Source of the DNA: Lysobacteraceae bacterium
Lineage (GTDB): Bacteria; Pseudomonadota; Gammaproteobacteria; Xanthomonadales; Rhodanobacteraceae
Assembly (NCBI GenBank): GCA_028870665.1
Contig: JAGWPB010000002.1
Span: forward strand, 10,636 to 74,635
Length of the DNA: 64,000 bases
Direction of reading: 5' to 3'
Made by a program: the position numbers and the translations under genes. Below the pieces are notes generated by a model. That model made no database searches, had not been told where the DNA came from, and saw nothing but the letters and a program-made list of their open reading frames with translations. Below, piece by piece: positions 14,402-23,320 of the stretch (positions within the stretch are counted from its first letter, which is position 1; every line of letters starts with the position of its first letter).

Positions 14402-15811
14402 ATGCGCCGCGACCCGCTCACTGCCGCCCTGCTCGCGCTGATCTCGACCGCTGCCGCCGCCTCCGGGCCGACGCTCACGCTCTACCCCGACGCGGATGCC
14501 GGCGCCGGTTACGCCATCGTGCGCGAGACGCGCGACGTGCAACTGCACGGTGGTGCCGAGGTGCTGCACCTTCGCGGTCTGCCGGTGCAGATGGATGCCG
14601 ATGGCCTGCTGCCGGTCTTTCCGCGCGCCGCCGCGGCGCGCATCGACTGGCAGCGCGTGCTGGCGCCCGGCGCGGGCGGCAGCGCCCAGCTCGACGCCCT
14701 GCTCGGCCGCAGTGTTTCCGTGCGCGGCCCGGACGGACGGCCGCTGGCGGCCGGCACCCTGCTTCGGGTCGACGGCGACACCCTGACCCTTCGCGACGCC
14801 ACAGGTCAGCTCGAGCTGCTGCGCGAATGGAGTGCGCTGAGCGTCGGTCGCGGCGAGCCGGCGCCGCGCGGAGCCACGCTCGAGATCGCGCTGGGGACGG
14901 CGCGCGCGGGCCGCTATGCGCTCGCTCTCACCTACCCGACCCGTGGCCTCGGCTGGCACGCGGCCTATAGCGCCGATCTCGCGCCGGGCGCGGACTGCCA
15001 CCTCGTCTTACACGCTGCCGCCAGCCTGTCCAACCAGAGCGGCCGCGACTGGCGCGATGCCGCCATCACCCTGCTGGCCGGCAAACCGCGGCTGGCGCAG
15101 CCACCCCTGCCGATGATGCGCCTGGCGGCGGCCCCCATGGGCGCCATGGCGGCCCTGCCCGCGCCCGGCACGATCGGCGACTACCGCAGTTTCGCGTTGC
15201 CGCAGCGCGTCGATCTGCCCGACGGCAGCAGCACCCTCGTGCCGCTGTATGCGCCGGCGACGCAGGCCTGCTCGCGTCGCTACGTCGCCACCATCGAGGC
15301 CCGGCGCGGCGTCGACGCGACGCCCGATCTCGGGCCGCCCCGGCCGGGTGCCCAGCACGGCACGGTCGAAAGCCAGCTGGGTTTCCGCGCACCGCACGCG
15401 CTGCCGGCGGGTACCGTGCGCGTGTATGGCGTCGGCACCCGCGGTCACCTTGAACTGCTGGGCCTAGCGAACCTCGACGACACGCCGCCCGACACCCGCG
15501 TCGAGCTGACCCTGGGCGAGGCCTTCGACCTGCGCACGACGCGCGAAGTCACCGCGTTCGCGGTCGACAGGTCCGCCGGGCACGCCGACGAGAGCTTGCG
15601 CGTGACCGTGCGCAATACCGGCGATGCCGCGCGCACCGTCATCCTGCGTGAATTCCCCTGGCGCTGGCACGACTGGACGCTGCTGGCATCCAGCGTCAGG
15701 CCGGACCGGCAGGACGCCGCGCAACTCGATTTTCCGCTGCGCGTGCCGGCCAAGGGCCGTGCCGTGCTGACCTTCACCCTGCGCTATGTACTGACCACCG
15801 GGAATCCCTGA
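14402..15811 (+). CDS. Secreted DUF4139-like protein (MuiA-like family; assignment from memory)
   Basis: From ATG 14402 the protein reads MRRDPLTAALLALISTAAAASGPTL (signal peptide). GGAG lies 7 nt upstream. About 470 aa, with beta-rich composition and a C-terminal region resembling DUF4139 proteins. Confidence 0.6.
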   Translation: MRRDPLTAALLALISTAAAASGPTLTLYPDADAGAGYAIVRETRDVQLHGGAEVLHLRGLPVQMDADGLLPVFPRAAAARIDWQRVLAPGAGGSAQLDALLGRSVSVRGPDGRPLAAGTLLRVDGDTLTLRDATGQLELLREWSALSVGRGEPAPRGATLEIALGTARAGRYALALTYPTRGLGWHAAYSADLAPGADCHLVLHAAASLSNQSGRDWRDAAITLLAGKPRLAQPPLPMMRLAAAPMGAMAALPAPGTIGDYRSFALPQRVDLPDGSSTLVPLYAPATQACSRRYVATIEARRGVDATPDLGPPRPGAQHGTVESQLGFRAPHALPAGTVRVYGVGTRGHLELLGLANLDDTPPDTRVELTLGEAFDLRTTREVTAFAVDRSAGHADESLRVTVRNTGDAARTVILREFPWRWHDWTLLASSVRPDRQDAAQLDFPLRVPAKGRAVLTFTLRYVLTTGNP

Positions 15812-15812
15812 C

Positions 15813-16577
15813 ATGCTCGACCGCATCGATCACGAACACGGCATCCGCGAACTGCGCCTGGCGCGCCCGCCGGTCAATGCCCTCGATCCGGGTCTGATCC
15901 GCGCCCTGCACGAGGCGGTCGAGGCCGCTCCGCGCGACGGCGCCGAGGCGCTGCTGCTCAGCGGCGCGCCGGGCCTGTTTTCGGCCGGACTCGACGTGCC
16001 GGTGCTGCTGACGCTCGAGCGCGACGCGCTGGCGCCGGTGTGGCGCGACTTCTTCGGCCTGGCCGCCGCGCTGGCGCGCTCGCCGATTCCGAGCGTCGCG
16101 GCGATCACCGGCCACAGCCCTGCCGGCGGCGCCGTGCTGGCGCTGCACTGCGACTACCGGGTGATGGCGCGCGGACCGTATCGCATCGGCCTCAACGAGG
16201 TGCAGGTCGGCCTGACCGTGCCGGCCTGCATCCAGGCCGCACTGGCGCGTCTGGTCGGCGCCTACCGCGCCGAGCGCCTGCTGGTCGCCGGAACGATGCT
16301 GGAATCCGACGCGGCGCTGGCGACCGGTCTGGTCGACGAACTGGCCGACATCGATTTCGTGACAACCCGTGCCCTGCACTGGCTGACCGATCTGCTGGCG
16401 CTGCCGCGCAAGGCCATGCGCGAAACGCGTGCGCTGGCGCGCGCCGATCTCGCCGCCGTCTATGCCGACGCCGCGCGGCTGCCGGTGGAGTCGTTCCTCG
16501 ATGGCTGGTTCGCGCCGGAAGCCCAGGCCGTGCTGAAGGCGCTGGTCGCGCAACTCAAGTCGGGCAAGCCGCGCTGA
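15813..16577 (+). CDS. Enoyl-CoA hydratase/isomerase (crotonase) family protein
   Basis: MLDRIDHEHGIRELRLARPPVNALDPGLIRAL...GLFSAGLDV...; crotonase fold signatures. It starts 1 nt after the DUF4139 stop. Confidence 0.85.
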   Translation: MLDRIDHEHGIRELRLARPPVNALDPGLIRALHEAVEAAPRDGAEALLLSGAPGLFSAGLDVPVLLTLERDALAPVWRDFFGLAAALARSPIPSVAAITGHSPAGGAVLALHCDYRVMARGPYRIGLNEVQVGLTVPACIQAALARLVGAYRAERLLVAGTMLESDAALATGLVDELADIDFVTTRALHWLTDLLALPRKAMRETRALARADLAAVYADAARLPVESFLDGWFAPEAQAVLKALVAQLKSGKPR

Positions 16578-16650
16578 CGCCTCGGCTTCCGCACAGCATC
16601 GCCTGTCCGGGTCAGGTGGAGCGCAGCGAAACCTGACCGTGGCCGAGGCG
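16578..16650. repeat. Nested imperfect inverted repeat in a convergent intergenic spacer
   Basis: The outer arms are CGCCTCGGC (16578-86) and GCCGAGGCG (16642-50). The inner arms are GGTCAGGT (16610-17) and ACCTGACC (16631-38). No U-tract follows. Confidence 0.5.
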
Positions 16651-16803
16651 GCGCCTTGCGCGAGGGCAGCCGGGCGGAACCCTGCGGCGTGCCGAGATCA
16701 CCTGCGCGGACCGGTCCTGCGGGCCGCGCCCCGAGCAGACAACGGGAGGGAGGGAAGCGAGCGCCGCGGCAGAGCCGCGCGGTAGCGCGTGCGCCCGCGC
16801 AGG

Positions 16804-17664
16804 TCAGCCGGCCTCGGACCCCGTCGCCACCGGCCGTCCGGGATCGCTGATCCAGCCGCTCCATGACGGCGCGAACAGCCGCGAACCGGCCAGGCCGGCG
16901 TGCTCCATCGCCAGCAGGTTGTGGCAGGCGGTGACGCCGGAGCCGCACATGTGCACGACGCTCGCGGGGTCACGCCCCTCCAGCAGATCCAGCCATTCCT
17001 CGCGCAGGTCATCGGCCGGCTTGAACCGGCCATCGTCGTCCAGGTTGTAGGCGAAAGGGCGATTGCGCGCGCCGGGAATGTGGCCCGCCTTGCTGTCGAG
17101 CGGCTCGACATCACCGCGGTAGCGCGGGGTCGCGCGGGCGTCGAGCAGCAGCGCGCCGGCGCGGGCGCGCTGCGCCAGCATCTGCTCGACGTCGAGCACG
17201 CGGTCCGCGGGCCAGCGCAGCGCGGCGACCGGCGCCGGTGTCGGTGCCACGGCCTGCGACTCGAGCGGAAACCCCGCGGCGACCCAGGCCTGGAAGCCGC
17301 CGTCGAGCACCATCGCCGGCTGATCCAGCACGCGCAGCATCCACCACAGTCGCGCCGCGGCCAGGGCGCCGCCCATCGCATCATAGGCAACCACCGGCAG
17401 ACCCGGCCGCCAGCCCCAGCCCGCCAGGGTCGCGGCGAAAGCCCCGGCATCGGGGAGCGGATGACGACCCAACCCGGTTTTGCCCAGGTCCGACAGGTCG
17501 CGATCGACGTGCGCATGCACCGCACCGGGCAGATGGGCCTGCGCCCAGGCGCGACGCCCGGCGTCGACATCGGTCAGGTCATGGCGGCAGTCCACGATCA
17601 GGCAGGCGCCGCGCGGCAAGGCGGCCAGGGCCTGGGCATCGATCAGCGTGTTCGAAGAGGTCAT
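16804..17664 (-). CDS. sseA: 3-mercaptopyruvate sulfurtransferase (tandem rhodanese)
   Basis: From ATG 17664 the protein reads MTSSNTLIDAQALAAL... It has two rhodanese domains and the active-site loop CGSGVTAC typical of MST enzymes. Confidence 0.88.
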   Translation of the reverse strand: MTSSNTLIDAQALAALPRGACLIVDCRHDLTDVDAGRRAWAQAHLPGAVHAHVDRDLSDLGKTGLGRHPLPDAGAFAATLAGWGWRPGLPVVAYDAMGGALAAARLWWMLRVLDQPAMVLDGGFQAWVAAGFPLESQAVAPTPAPVAALRWPADRVLDVEQMLAQRARAGALLLDARATPRYRGDVEPLDSKAGHIPGARNRPFAYNLDDDGRFKPADDLREEWLDLLEGRDPASVVHMCGSGVTACHNLLAMEHAGLAGSRLFAPSWSGWISDPGRPVATGSEAG

Positions 17665-18272
17665 GGCCGTGTCATCCGCGTCATCAGATTGAACAGCATA
17701 GCCGCGGTCGCGCCCCAGATGCGGTGGCCCTCGCCGGCATAGGGCTCGAACTCGTGGATCCGCCGCGGGCGGCCGCGATAGTCCATCGTCACCGTATGCA
17801 ATCGCTCGGGATCGAGCAGGAACGCCAGCGGCACCTCGAAGACCTCGGCCACCTCCGCCGGGTTGGGTCGCAGCGCGGCCGCCGCCGCGATGCGCGCGAC
17901 GACCGGTGTCACGCAGTAGCCGCTGACGGTGTCGAAGCAATCCAGGAATCCCAGCGGTTCGGCCGCCCGCGGGTCAAGTCCGATCTCCTCGGCGCTTTCG
18001 CGCAGCGCCGTGGCGACGGCATCCGCATCCCGCGCGTCCACCCGTCCGCCGGGGAAGCTCACCTGCCCGGCGTGCGTGCGCAGCTGCTCGTTGCGTCGCG
18101 TCAGGACCACCGTCGGCGTGGCGCCGGCGCGGATGCCGACCAGGACCGCGGCTGCCGTGCGCGGCCCGGGTCCGAGCAGATCGACGAGCTCGTCATGGTT
18201 CCAGCCCGGCGGCTGCGGCGGGGCGTGCAGCGGATGCAGCGCGCGCCGCAGGTCGGCCGACAGGGCGCTCAC
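17661..18272 (-). CDS. nudL: CoA pyrophosphatase (Nudix hydrolase, NudL-like)
   Basis: The NuCoA motif VLTRRNEQLRTHAGQVSFPGG and the Nudix box GGRVDARDADAVATALRESAEEIGL are both present. I infer a GTG start at 18272 that overlaps the DUF1289 stop. The stop overlaps the sseA ATG. Confidence 0.85.
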   Translation of the reverse strand: MSALSADLRRALHPLHAPPQPPGWNHDELVDLLGPGPRTAAAVLVGIRAGATPTVVLTRRNEQLRTHAGQVSFPGGRVDARDADAVATALRESAEEIGLDPRAAEPLGFLDCFDTVSGYCVTPVVARIAAAAALRPNPAEVAEVFEVPLAFLLDPERLHTVTMDYRGRPRRIHEFEPYAGEGHRIWGATAAMLFNLMTRMTRP

Positions 18273-18448
18273 CGGCGCTCGCCGCGCAGCGGCAGCTCGC
18301 GCATGATGCGCAGGCGCTCCGCGTCGTCGAGTCCGGACCAGCGCGCGATCTCGTCGCGGCTGCGCAGGCAGCCGAGGCAATGACCGGTCGCATCGAGGCA
18401 GCACACGCCGACACAGGGCGTCAGCGGCGGCAGGGGGTCGAACTCCAT
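18269..18448 (-). CDS. DUF1289 family small Cys-rich protein
   Basis: Not in the ORF track (59 aa). My translation gives MEFDPLPPLTPCVGVCCLDATGHCLGCLRSRDEIARWSGLDDAERLRIMRELPLRGERR. It matches the PC.GVC.LD....C.GC.R..DEI..W pattern of DUF1289. Confidence 0.75.
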   Translation of the reverse strand: MEFDPLPPLTPCVGVCCLDATGHCLGCLRSRDEIARWSGLDDAERLRIMRELPLRGERR

Positions 18449-18546
18449 CGCGCCAGTTTAGCCGAGCCGCCAGCGCGCCGACGCCGGCCGGCCGCACGTC
18501 GCGTCGCGGATGCCGGCCGCCGTTCGCATCCGTTACCCTCGCGCGC

Positions 18547-18921
18547 ATGCTCGCGCTCGCCACCCGCATGGTCCGTGATTACGGCAAGGTGCTGGCGAGC
18601 CTGCGTCCGCAGGTTTACGGCCTGCCCGAATCGCTGCTGCCGCATCCGAAGGAACGGCTGCGCGCGGCGCTGCGCCTGCTGCTGACCAGCGTCCCGCTGG
18701 ACCAGCCGGAGCTGCGCGAAGGCCTGCTGCGCGGCTATGTCTATCTGGCGCAGTTCGTGCCGGATGCCGAAGCCGCACTGATCGCGCGCGGCCAGGCGCT
18801 GCTGGGCGGCACGGGCGGCAATGGCAACGAGGCCGAACCGGCGATGCGCGCGATCAACCGCATCAAGCTGGCGATGGAAGCCGCCCTGGAGGAGGCCGGC
18901 AGCCTGAAGCCGCCGGCCTGA
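18547..18921 (+). CDS. Hypothetical protein (124 aa)
   Basis: MLALATRMVRDYGKVLASLRPQVYGLPESLLPHPKERLRAALRLLL... It has high third-position GC and a protein-like composition, but I recognise no motif and see no SD upstream. Confidence 0.55.
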   Translation: MLALATRMVRDYGKVLASLRPQVYGLPESLLPHPKERLRAALRLLLTSVPLDQPELREGLLRGYVYLAQFVPDAEAALIARGQALLGGTGGNGNEAEPAMRAINRIKLAMEAALEEAGSLKPPA

Positions 18922-18930
18922 GGCCACACG

Positions 18931-19656
18931 TCAGTTCTTGACGTCGAGGATCTTCAGTTCGAACACCAACGCCTCGTTGGGTCCGATGCGCGGCGGCTGG
19001 CCGGTTGCGCCGAAGGCCAGCTGCGGCGGCACATAGACCTGCCAGCGATCGCCGACGACCATGCGCGGCAGGATCGCCTGCCAGCCCTTGATCATGTCCT
19101 TGACCTTGAACGTGACCGGCTTGCCGCGCGCGAACGAGCTGTCGAACTCCAGTCCGTTCATCAGCGAGGCGCGGTAGTGCAGCGTCACCGTCGAATCGAG
19201 GGTCGGATGCACGGTACCGGTGCCTTGTTCGATCACCCGGTACTGGATGCCGTCGGGCAAGGTGACGATGCCGGGCTTGGTCTTGTTGGCCGCCAGGAAC
19301 TGCTCGCTCTTCTGCAGATTGTCGGCGGCGAGCTTCTGGTAGGCGGCCATCGCCTGGCTGCGGATGCGGGCCTGCAGCGCCATCAACTGGCCCTGCATCT
19401 CCGGCGCCGGCACCGCGGGCGGGCGCCGCGCATAGGCGTCCTGCAGGCCGCGGATCACCTGATTCAGATCCACATCCATCTTGTTGTTGATGAAGTTGCT
19501 GCCGATCTGGAAGCCGACCGCATACGACATCTTGGTCTTGTCGATCGCCGGCACCTGCGGCGCGGCCGCAGCCGGAGCGGGAGCGGCCGCCTGCTGGGCC
19601 CAGGCCGGTGCGACCAGCAGCAGCGCCGACAATGCGGTGAGACGCGATAACCTCAT
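18931..19656 (-). CDS. Periplasmic FKBP-type peptidyl-prolyl isomerase (Mip/FkpA-like)
   Basis: Signal peptide MRLSRLTALSALLLVAPAWA, an N-terminal dimerisation helix region and a C-terminal FKBP domain (VTLHYRASLMNGLEFDSSFARGKPVTFKV...GWQAILPRMVVGDRWQVYVPPQLAFG). GGAGA serves as the SD. Confidence 0.9.
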   Translation of the reverse strand: MRLSRLTALSALLLVAPAWAQQAAAPAPAAAAPQVPAIDKTKMSYAVGFQIGSNFINNKMDVDLNQVIRGLQDAYARRPPAVPAPEMQGQLMALQARIRSQAMAAYQKLAADNLQKSEQFLAANKTKPGIVTLPDGIQYRVIEQGTGTVHPTLDSTVTLHYRASLMNGLEFDSSFARGKPVTFKVKDMIKGWQAILPRMVVGDRWQVYVPPQLAFGATGQPPRIGPNEALVFELKILDVKN

Positions 19657-19788
19657 GCCAAGTTCTCCGGTGGGATGGATGCCATGGCGCGGCTGCGCCG
19701 CGCTGCACTCAGCCTAGAGTGCCGGGACCGGAAAAGGTTCCCCCCATTGCTACCATCTGCGGCTGATCCTTCATCTTGGAGCCATGCC

Positions 19789-20571
19789 ATGGCCTTTCGC
19801 AACCTGCGCAGCGCCGACCGCGGCGGCGTGCGCACGATCACCATCCAGCGCCCGGACAAGCTCAACGCCCTCGACCGTGCCACCTTGGACGAACTGATGC
19901 AGGCCTTCCAGCAGGCACGCGTCGATCCCGGCGTGCGCGTGGTCGTGCTGGCCGGTGCCGGCGACAAGGCGTTCGTGGCCGGCGCCGACATCGCCGCGAT
20001 GAGTGACTTCGACGCCGCGCAAGCGCAGGCCTTCTCGCGCGCCGGGCAGGCCCTGATGCGAACCATCGAGCAGCTCGGCAAGCCGGTGATCGCGCGCCTC
20101 CAGGGCTATGCGCTGGGCGGCGGCATGGAGCTGGCGATGGCCTGCCACCTGCGCATCGCCGCGCGCCGCGCACGCCTCGGCCAGCCGGAAATCAATCTCG
20201 GCCTGATACCCGGCTTCGGCGGCACCCAGCGCCTGTTGCGCCTCGCCGGTCGCGGCGCCGCGCTGGAGCTGTGCCTGCTCGGCCAGCCGATCGACGCCGA
20301 GCGTGCCCTTGCGCTGGGCCTGGTCACGCGTGTCGTCGACGACGGCGCGCTCGACGCCGCAGTGGCGGAACTGGCCGACAACCTGGCCGCTGCCGCGCCG
20401 CGGGCGCTGGCCGGCATCCTCGATGCCGTGGACACCGGTGGCGAGTGCGCGCTCGATCAGGGCCTGGCCTACGAAACGCAGACCTTCGCGCTGTGCTTCG
20501 CCAGCGCCGACCGGCGCGAGGGCATGCACGCCTTCCTTGAACGCCGCAAGCCGGTCTTCAGTGGCCGCTGA
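19789..20571 (+). CDS. Enoyl-CoA hydratase (crotonase family)
   Basis: From ATG 19789 the protein reads MAFRNLRSADRGGVRTITIQRPDKLNALD...AFVAGADI...GYALGGGMELAMACHLRIA... Confidence 0.88.
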   Translation: MAFRNLRSADRGGVRTITIQRPDKLNALDRATLDELMQAFQQARVDPGVRVVVLAGAGDKAFVAGADIAAMSDFDAAQAQAFSRAGQALMRTIEQLGKPVIARLQGYALGGGMELAMACHLRIAARRARLGQPEINLGLIPGFGGTQRLLRLAGRGAALELCLLGQPIDAERALALGLVTRVVDDGALDAAVAELADNLAAAAPRALAGILDAVDTGGECALDQGLAYETQTFALCFASADRREGMHAFLERRKPVFSGR

Positions 20572-20586
20572 AGCGCACGCCGGCGA

Positions 20587-21486
20587 TCAGTGTCCGCCGC
20601 GGTAGGTCAGTTCGCCCGCGGTGATGCGCAGCGGCAGCCGGTTTTCCGGCGGTGGCAGCGGGCAGGTCGCGAAGGCGGTGAAGGCGCAGGGCGGATTGTA
20701 GGCGCGGTTGAAATCGAGCACCACGCGGCCCTCGCGCGCGGCGTCCACGTACAGGAATCGCGCCGCACCGTAGGTTTCGTGACCGCTGGTGCGATCGGCG
20801 AAGACCACGAACAGGCGCGTGTCGCCGGGCGTCTCGAGGATCGGCAGCAGCGTGTAGCGCTGACCGTCACGCTCGAACACGATGCGTCCCGGCACCACGT
20901 CGCGCTCGATCGTGCCGGCCTCGGTGGCCAGCTCGACGTGATGCACCGGATCGAACCCCTCGAAGCGCGCCTCGATCCGCCACGAGGGATCGACCGGAAA
21001 TGAGTCGAGGCCGCGGAAGGCCGTGCGCGTCGTCGCCATGCTGTCTTTGATGCGCAGCGCCTTGCGCCCCGAACGGTCGAGCAGGTACATGCTCGCCGTG
21101 CCGAAGCGAACCCGCGAGGGTCGCGCATCGCGGTCATCGCGAAGCACGGCCGTATGCACCGTTGCACCATCGACCGTGACGCCCGCATCGGCCGCGAGAT
21201 CCAGCCGCACGCGGCCGTCGGCCGTCAGCGTGATCGTGCCCAGATGCGCCGGGCCGACCGGCAGCACGATGGCGTTGCCGGGCGCATGGCCCACGGTCTG
21301 CGGACCCGGCCGCAGCCACTCGAAGCCGACCAGGGTCAGCCAGCCGTCGGCGGCGGTCAGCGCCTGCAGGCGTTGCTGGCGCCAGTGCGTTATCTGCGCC
21401 AAGTACGCCTCGTCGGCGGTGACACCGCTACCGGCGCTGCCAAGCAGAGCGGCGGCAAACAGCACGCGGACCAGGGGCATCGTCAT
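20587..21486 (-). CDS. DUF1684 domain-containing protein (secreted)
   Basis: Signal peptide MTMPLVRVLFAAALLGSAGS. The C-terminal ...ETYGAARFLYVD...LDFNRAYNPPCAFTAFATCPLPPPENRL is the characteristic DUF1684 motif. Confidence 0.8.
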   Translation of the reverse strand: MTMPLVRVLFAAALLGSAGSGVTADEAYLAQITHWRQQRLQALTAADGWLTLVGFEWLRPGPQTVGHAPGNAIVLPVGPAHLGTITLTADGRVRLDLAADAGVTVDGATVHTAVLRDDRDARPSRVRFGTASMYLLDRSGRKALRIKDSMATTRTAFRGLDSFPVDPSWRIEARFEGFDPVHHVELATEAGTIERDVVPGRIVFERDGQRYTLLPILETPGDTRLFVVFADRTSGHETYGAARFLYVDAAREGRVVLDFNRAYNPPCAFTAFATCPLPPPENRLPLRITAGELTYRGGH

Positions 21487-21500
21487 CGTCTCCGGAGGGA

Positions 21501-23279
21501 TTATCGGCCGCGCAGGAACAGGCGGTCGAGGTCGGCCAGCGCGAGCTGGGTCCAGGTCGGGCGACCATGATTGCACTGTCCGCTGCGTTCGGTGACCTCC
21601 ATCTCGCGCAGCAGTGCGTTCATCTCGGCGAGCCCGAGCCGGCGCCCGGCCCGCACCGAGCCATGGCAGGCCAGGGTCGCCAGCAGCTCGTTCTCGATCT
21701 CCTCGAGCCGCCGCGAGCTGCCGTGCTCGGCCAGCTCGGCCAGCACGTCACGCACCAGCGCGGCCACGTCGGCGCCGTCGAGCAGGGACGGGATGCGATG
21801 CACGCTGACGCTCTCCGGGCCTGCGCGCGCCAGCTCCAGCCCCCACGCCGTCAGCGCATCGGCGTGCTCCTCGGCTGCGGCCGCTGCCCGCGCTCCGACC
21901 ACGATCGCCTGCGGCACGAGCAGCAGTTGCGAACGCAGCGAGGTGCTGGCGCGGCCCTGCTTCAGGCGCTCGTAGGTGATGCGCTCGTGCGCTGCGTGCA
22001 TGTCCACCAGCACCAGTCCGCGGGCGTTCTCGGCGAGGATGTAGATGCCCTTGAGCTGGGCCAGCGCATAACCCAGCGGCGGCAGCTCGTCTTCGCCGGC
22101 ACCGGTCGCGGCACCCAGCGGGGTCATCGCGTTCACCGCGGCGTGCGCGATCGTCAGCGGCTCGCCGAGCAGCGCCGCGTAGTCCGCCAGCGGCGTCTCG
22201 CGCACGGCCGCGCCGAAACCCTGCTGCTGCGCCGGCGCCGCGCCCGGGTAGGCGACCGCCGCGGGCTCGGTGCCGCCGGCGCGGGTGCTGGCCACCGCCG
22301 CGTGCAGGCTGCGGAACAGGAAATCGTGCACCAGGCGCTGCTCGCGGAAACGCACCTCATGCTTGGCCGGATGGACGTTGACATCCACCTGCGCCGCATC
22401 GAGCTCGAGAAACAGCACGTAAACCGGATGGCGGCCGTGAAACAGCACATCGGCATAGGCTTGGCGCACGGCATGCGCCACCGTGCGGTCGCGCACCAGA
22501 CGGCCGTTGACGAAAAAATACTGCTGGTCGGCCTGCGCACGCGTCGCGGTCGGCAACCCGATCCAGCCGGCCAGACGCAGACCCGCGGCCTGCTGCTCGA
22601 TCTGCAGGCAGTGGCCGGCGAACTCCGCGCCCAGCAGATCGGCGACGCGCTGCAGTCGTGCCGCCGCGTCCGGCGCCGACCGCAGCATGCGCAGCGCGCG
22701 ACCGTTGTGACTCAGCTGGAACGCCGCCCCCGGCCACGCCAGCGCCAGCGACTTCAGCAACTCGTCGATGTGCGCCAGCTCGGTGCGCTCGGCGCGCAGG
22801 AACTTGCGCCGCGCCGGCACGTTGTAGAACAGGTCGCGTACCTCGACCGTGGTACCGACCGCGTGCGCCGCCGGCCGCGGCGGCTGCGCCCGGCCGCCGT
22901 CGACTTCGAGTCGCAACGCGGTGTCCGCCGCGCGCGCACGCGAGACGATGGCGAAGCGCGCCACCGAGGCGATCGAGGCCAGCGCCTCGCCGCGAAAACC
23001 CATGGTGCCGACGTGCACCAGGTCGTCGAAGCTGGCGATCTTGCTCGTGGCGTGTGGCGCGACGGCCAGCGCCAGTTCGTCAGCGGCGATGCCGGCACCG
23101 TCGTCGCGCACGCGGATCAGGCGCGTGCCGCCTGCCTCGATCTCGACCTCGATGCGGGTGGCACCGGCGTCGAGACTGTTCTCGACCAGTTCCTTGACCA
23201 CCGACGCCGGGCGCTCGATCACCTCACCGGCGGCGATCTGGTTGACCAGTGCGGAAGACAGCGGACGGATCGACGGCAT
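21501..23279 (-). CDS. mutL: DNA mismatch repair endonuclease MutL
   Basis: [51 protein letters not shown]..., a GHKL ATPase N-terminus. It follows amiB, as in E. coli. Confidence 0.96.
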   Translation of the reverse strand: MPSIRPLSSALVNQIAAGEVIERPASVVKELVENSLDAGATRIEVEIEAGGTRLIRVRDDGAGIAADELALAVAPHATSKIASFDDLVHVGTMGFRGEALASIASVARFAIVSRARAADTALRLEVDGGRAQPPRPAAHAVGTTVEVRDLFYNVPARRKFLRAERTELAHIDELLKSLALAWPGAAFQLSHNGRALRMLRSAPDAAARLQRVADLLGAEFAGHCLQIEQQAAGLRLAGWIGLPTATRAQADQQYFFVNGRLVRDRTVAHAVRQAYADVLFHGRHPVYVLFLELDAAQVDVNVHPAKHEVRFREQRLVHDFLFRSLHAAVASTRAGGTEPAAVAYPGAAPAQQQGFGAAVRETPLADYAALLGEPLTIAHAAVNAMTPLGAATGAGEDELPPLGYALAQLKGIYILAENARGLVLVDMHAAHERITYERLKQGRASTSLRSQLLLVPQAIVVGARAAAAAEEHADALTAWGLELARAGPESVSVHRIPSLLDGADVAALVRDVLAELAEHGSSRRLEEIENELLATLACHGSVRAGRRLGLAEMNALLREMEVTERSGQCNHGRPTWTQLALADLDRLFLRGR

Positions 23280-23320
23280 GGCGGCAGGCCCGGGGCGAGC
23301 CGCTAGCTTAACGTCGAAGC

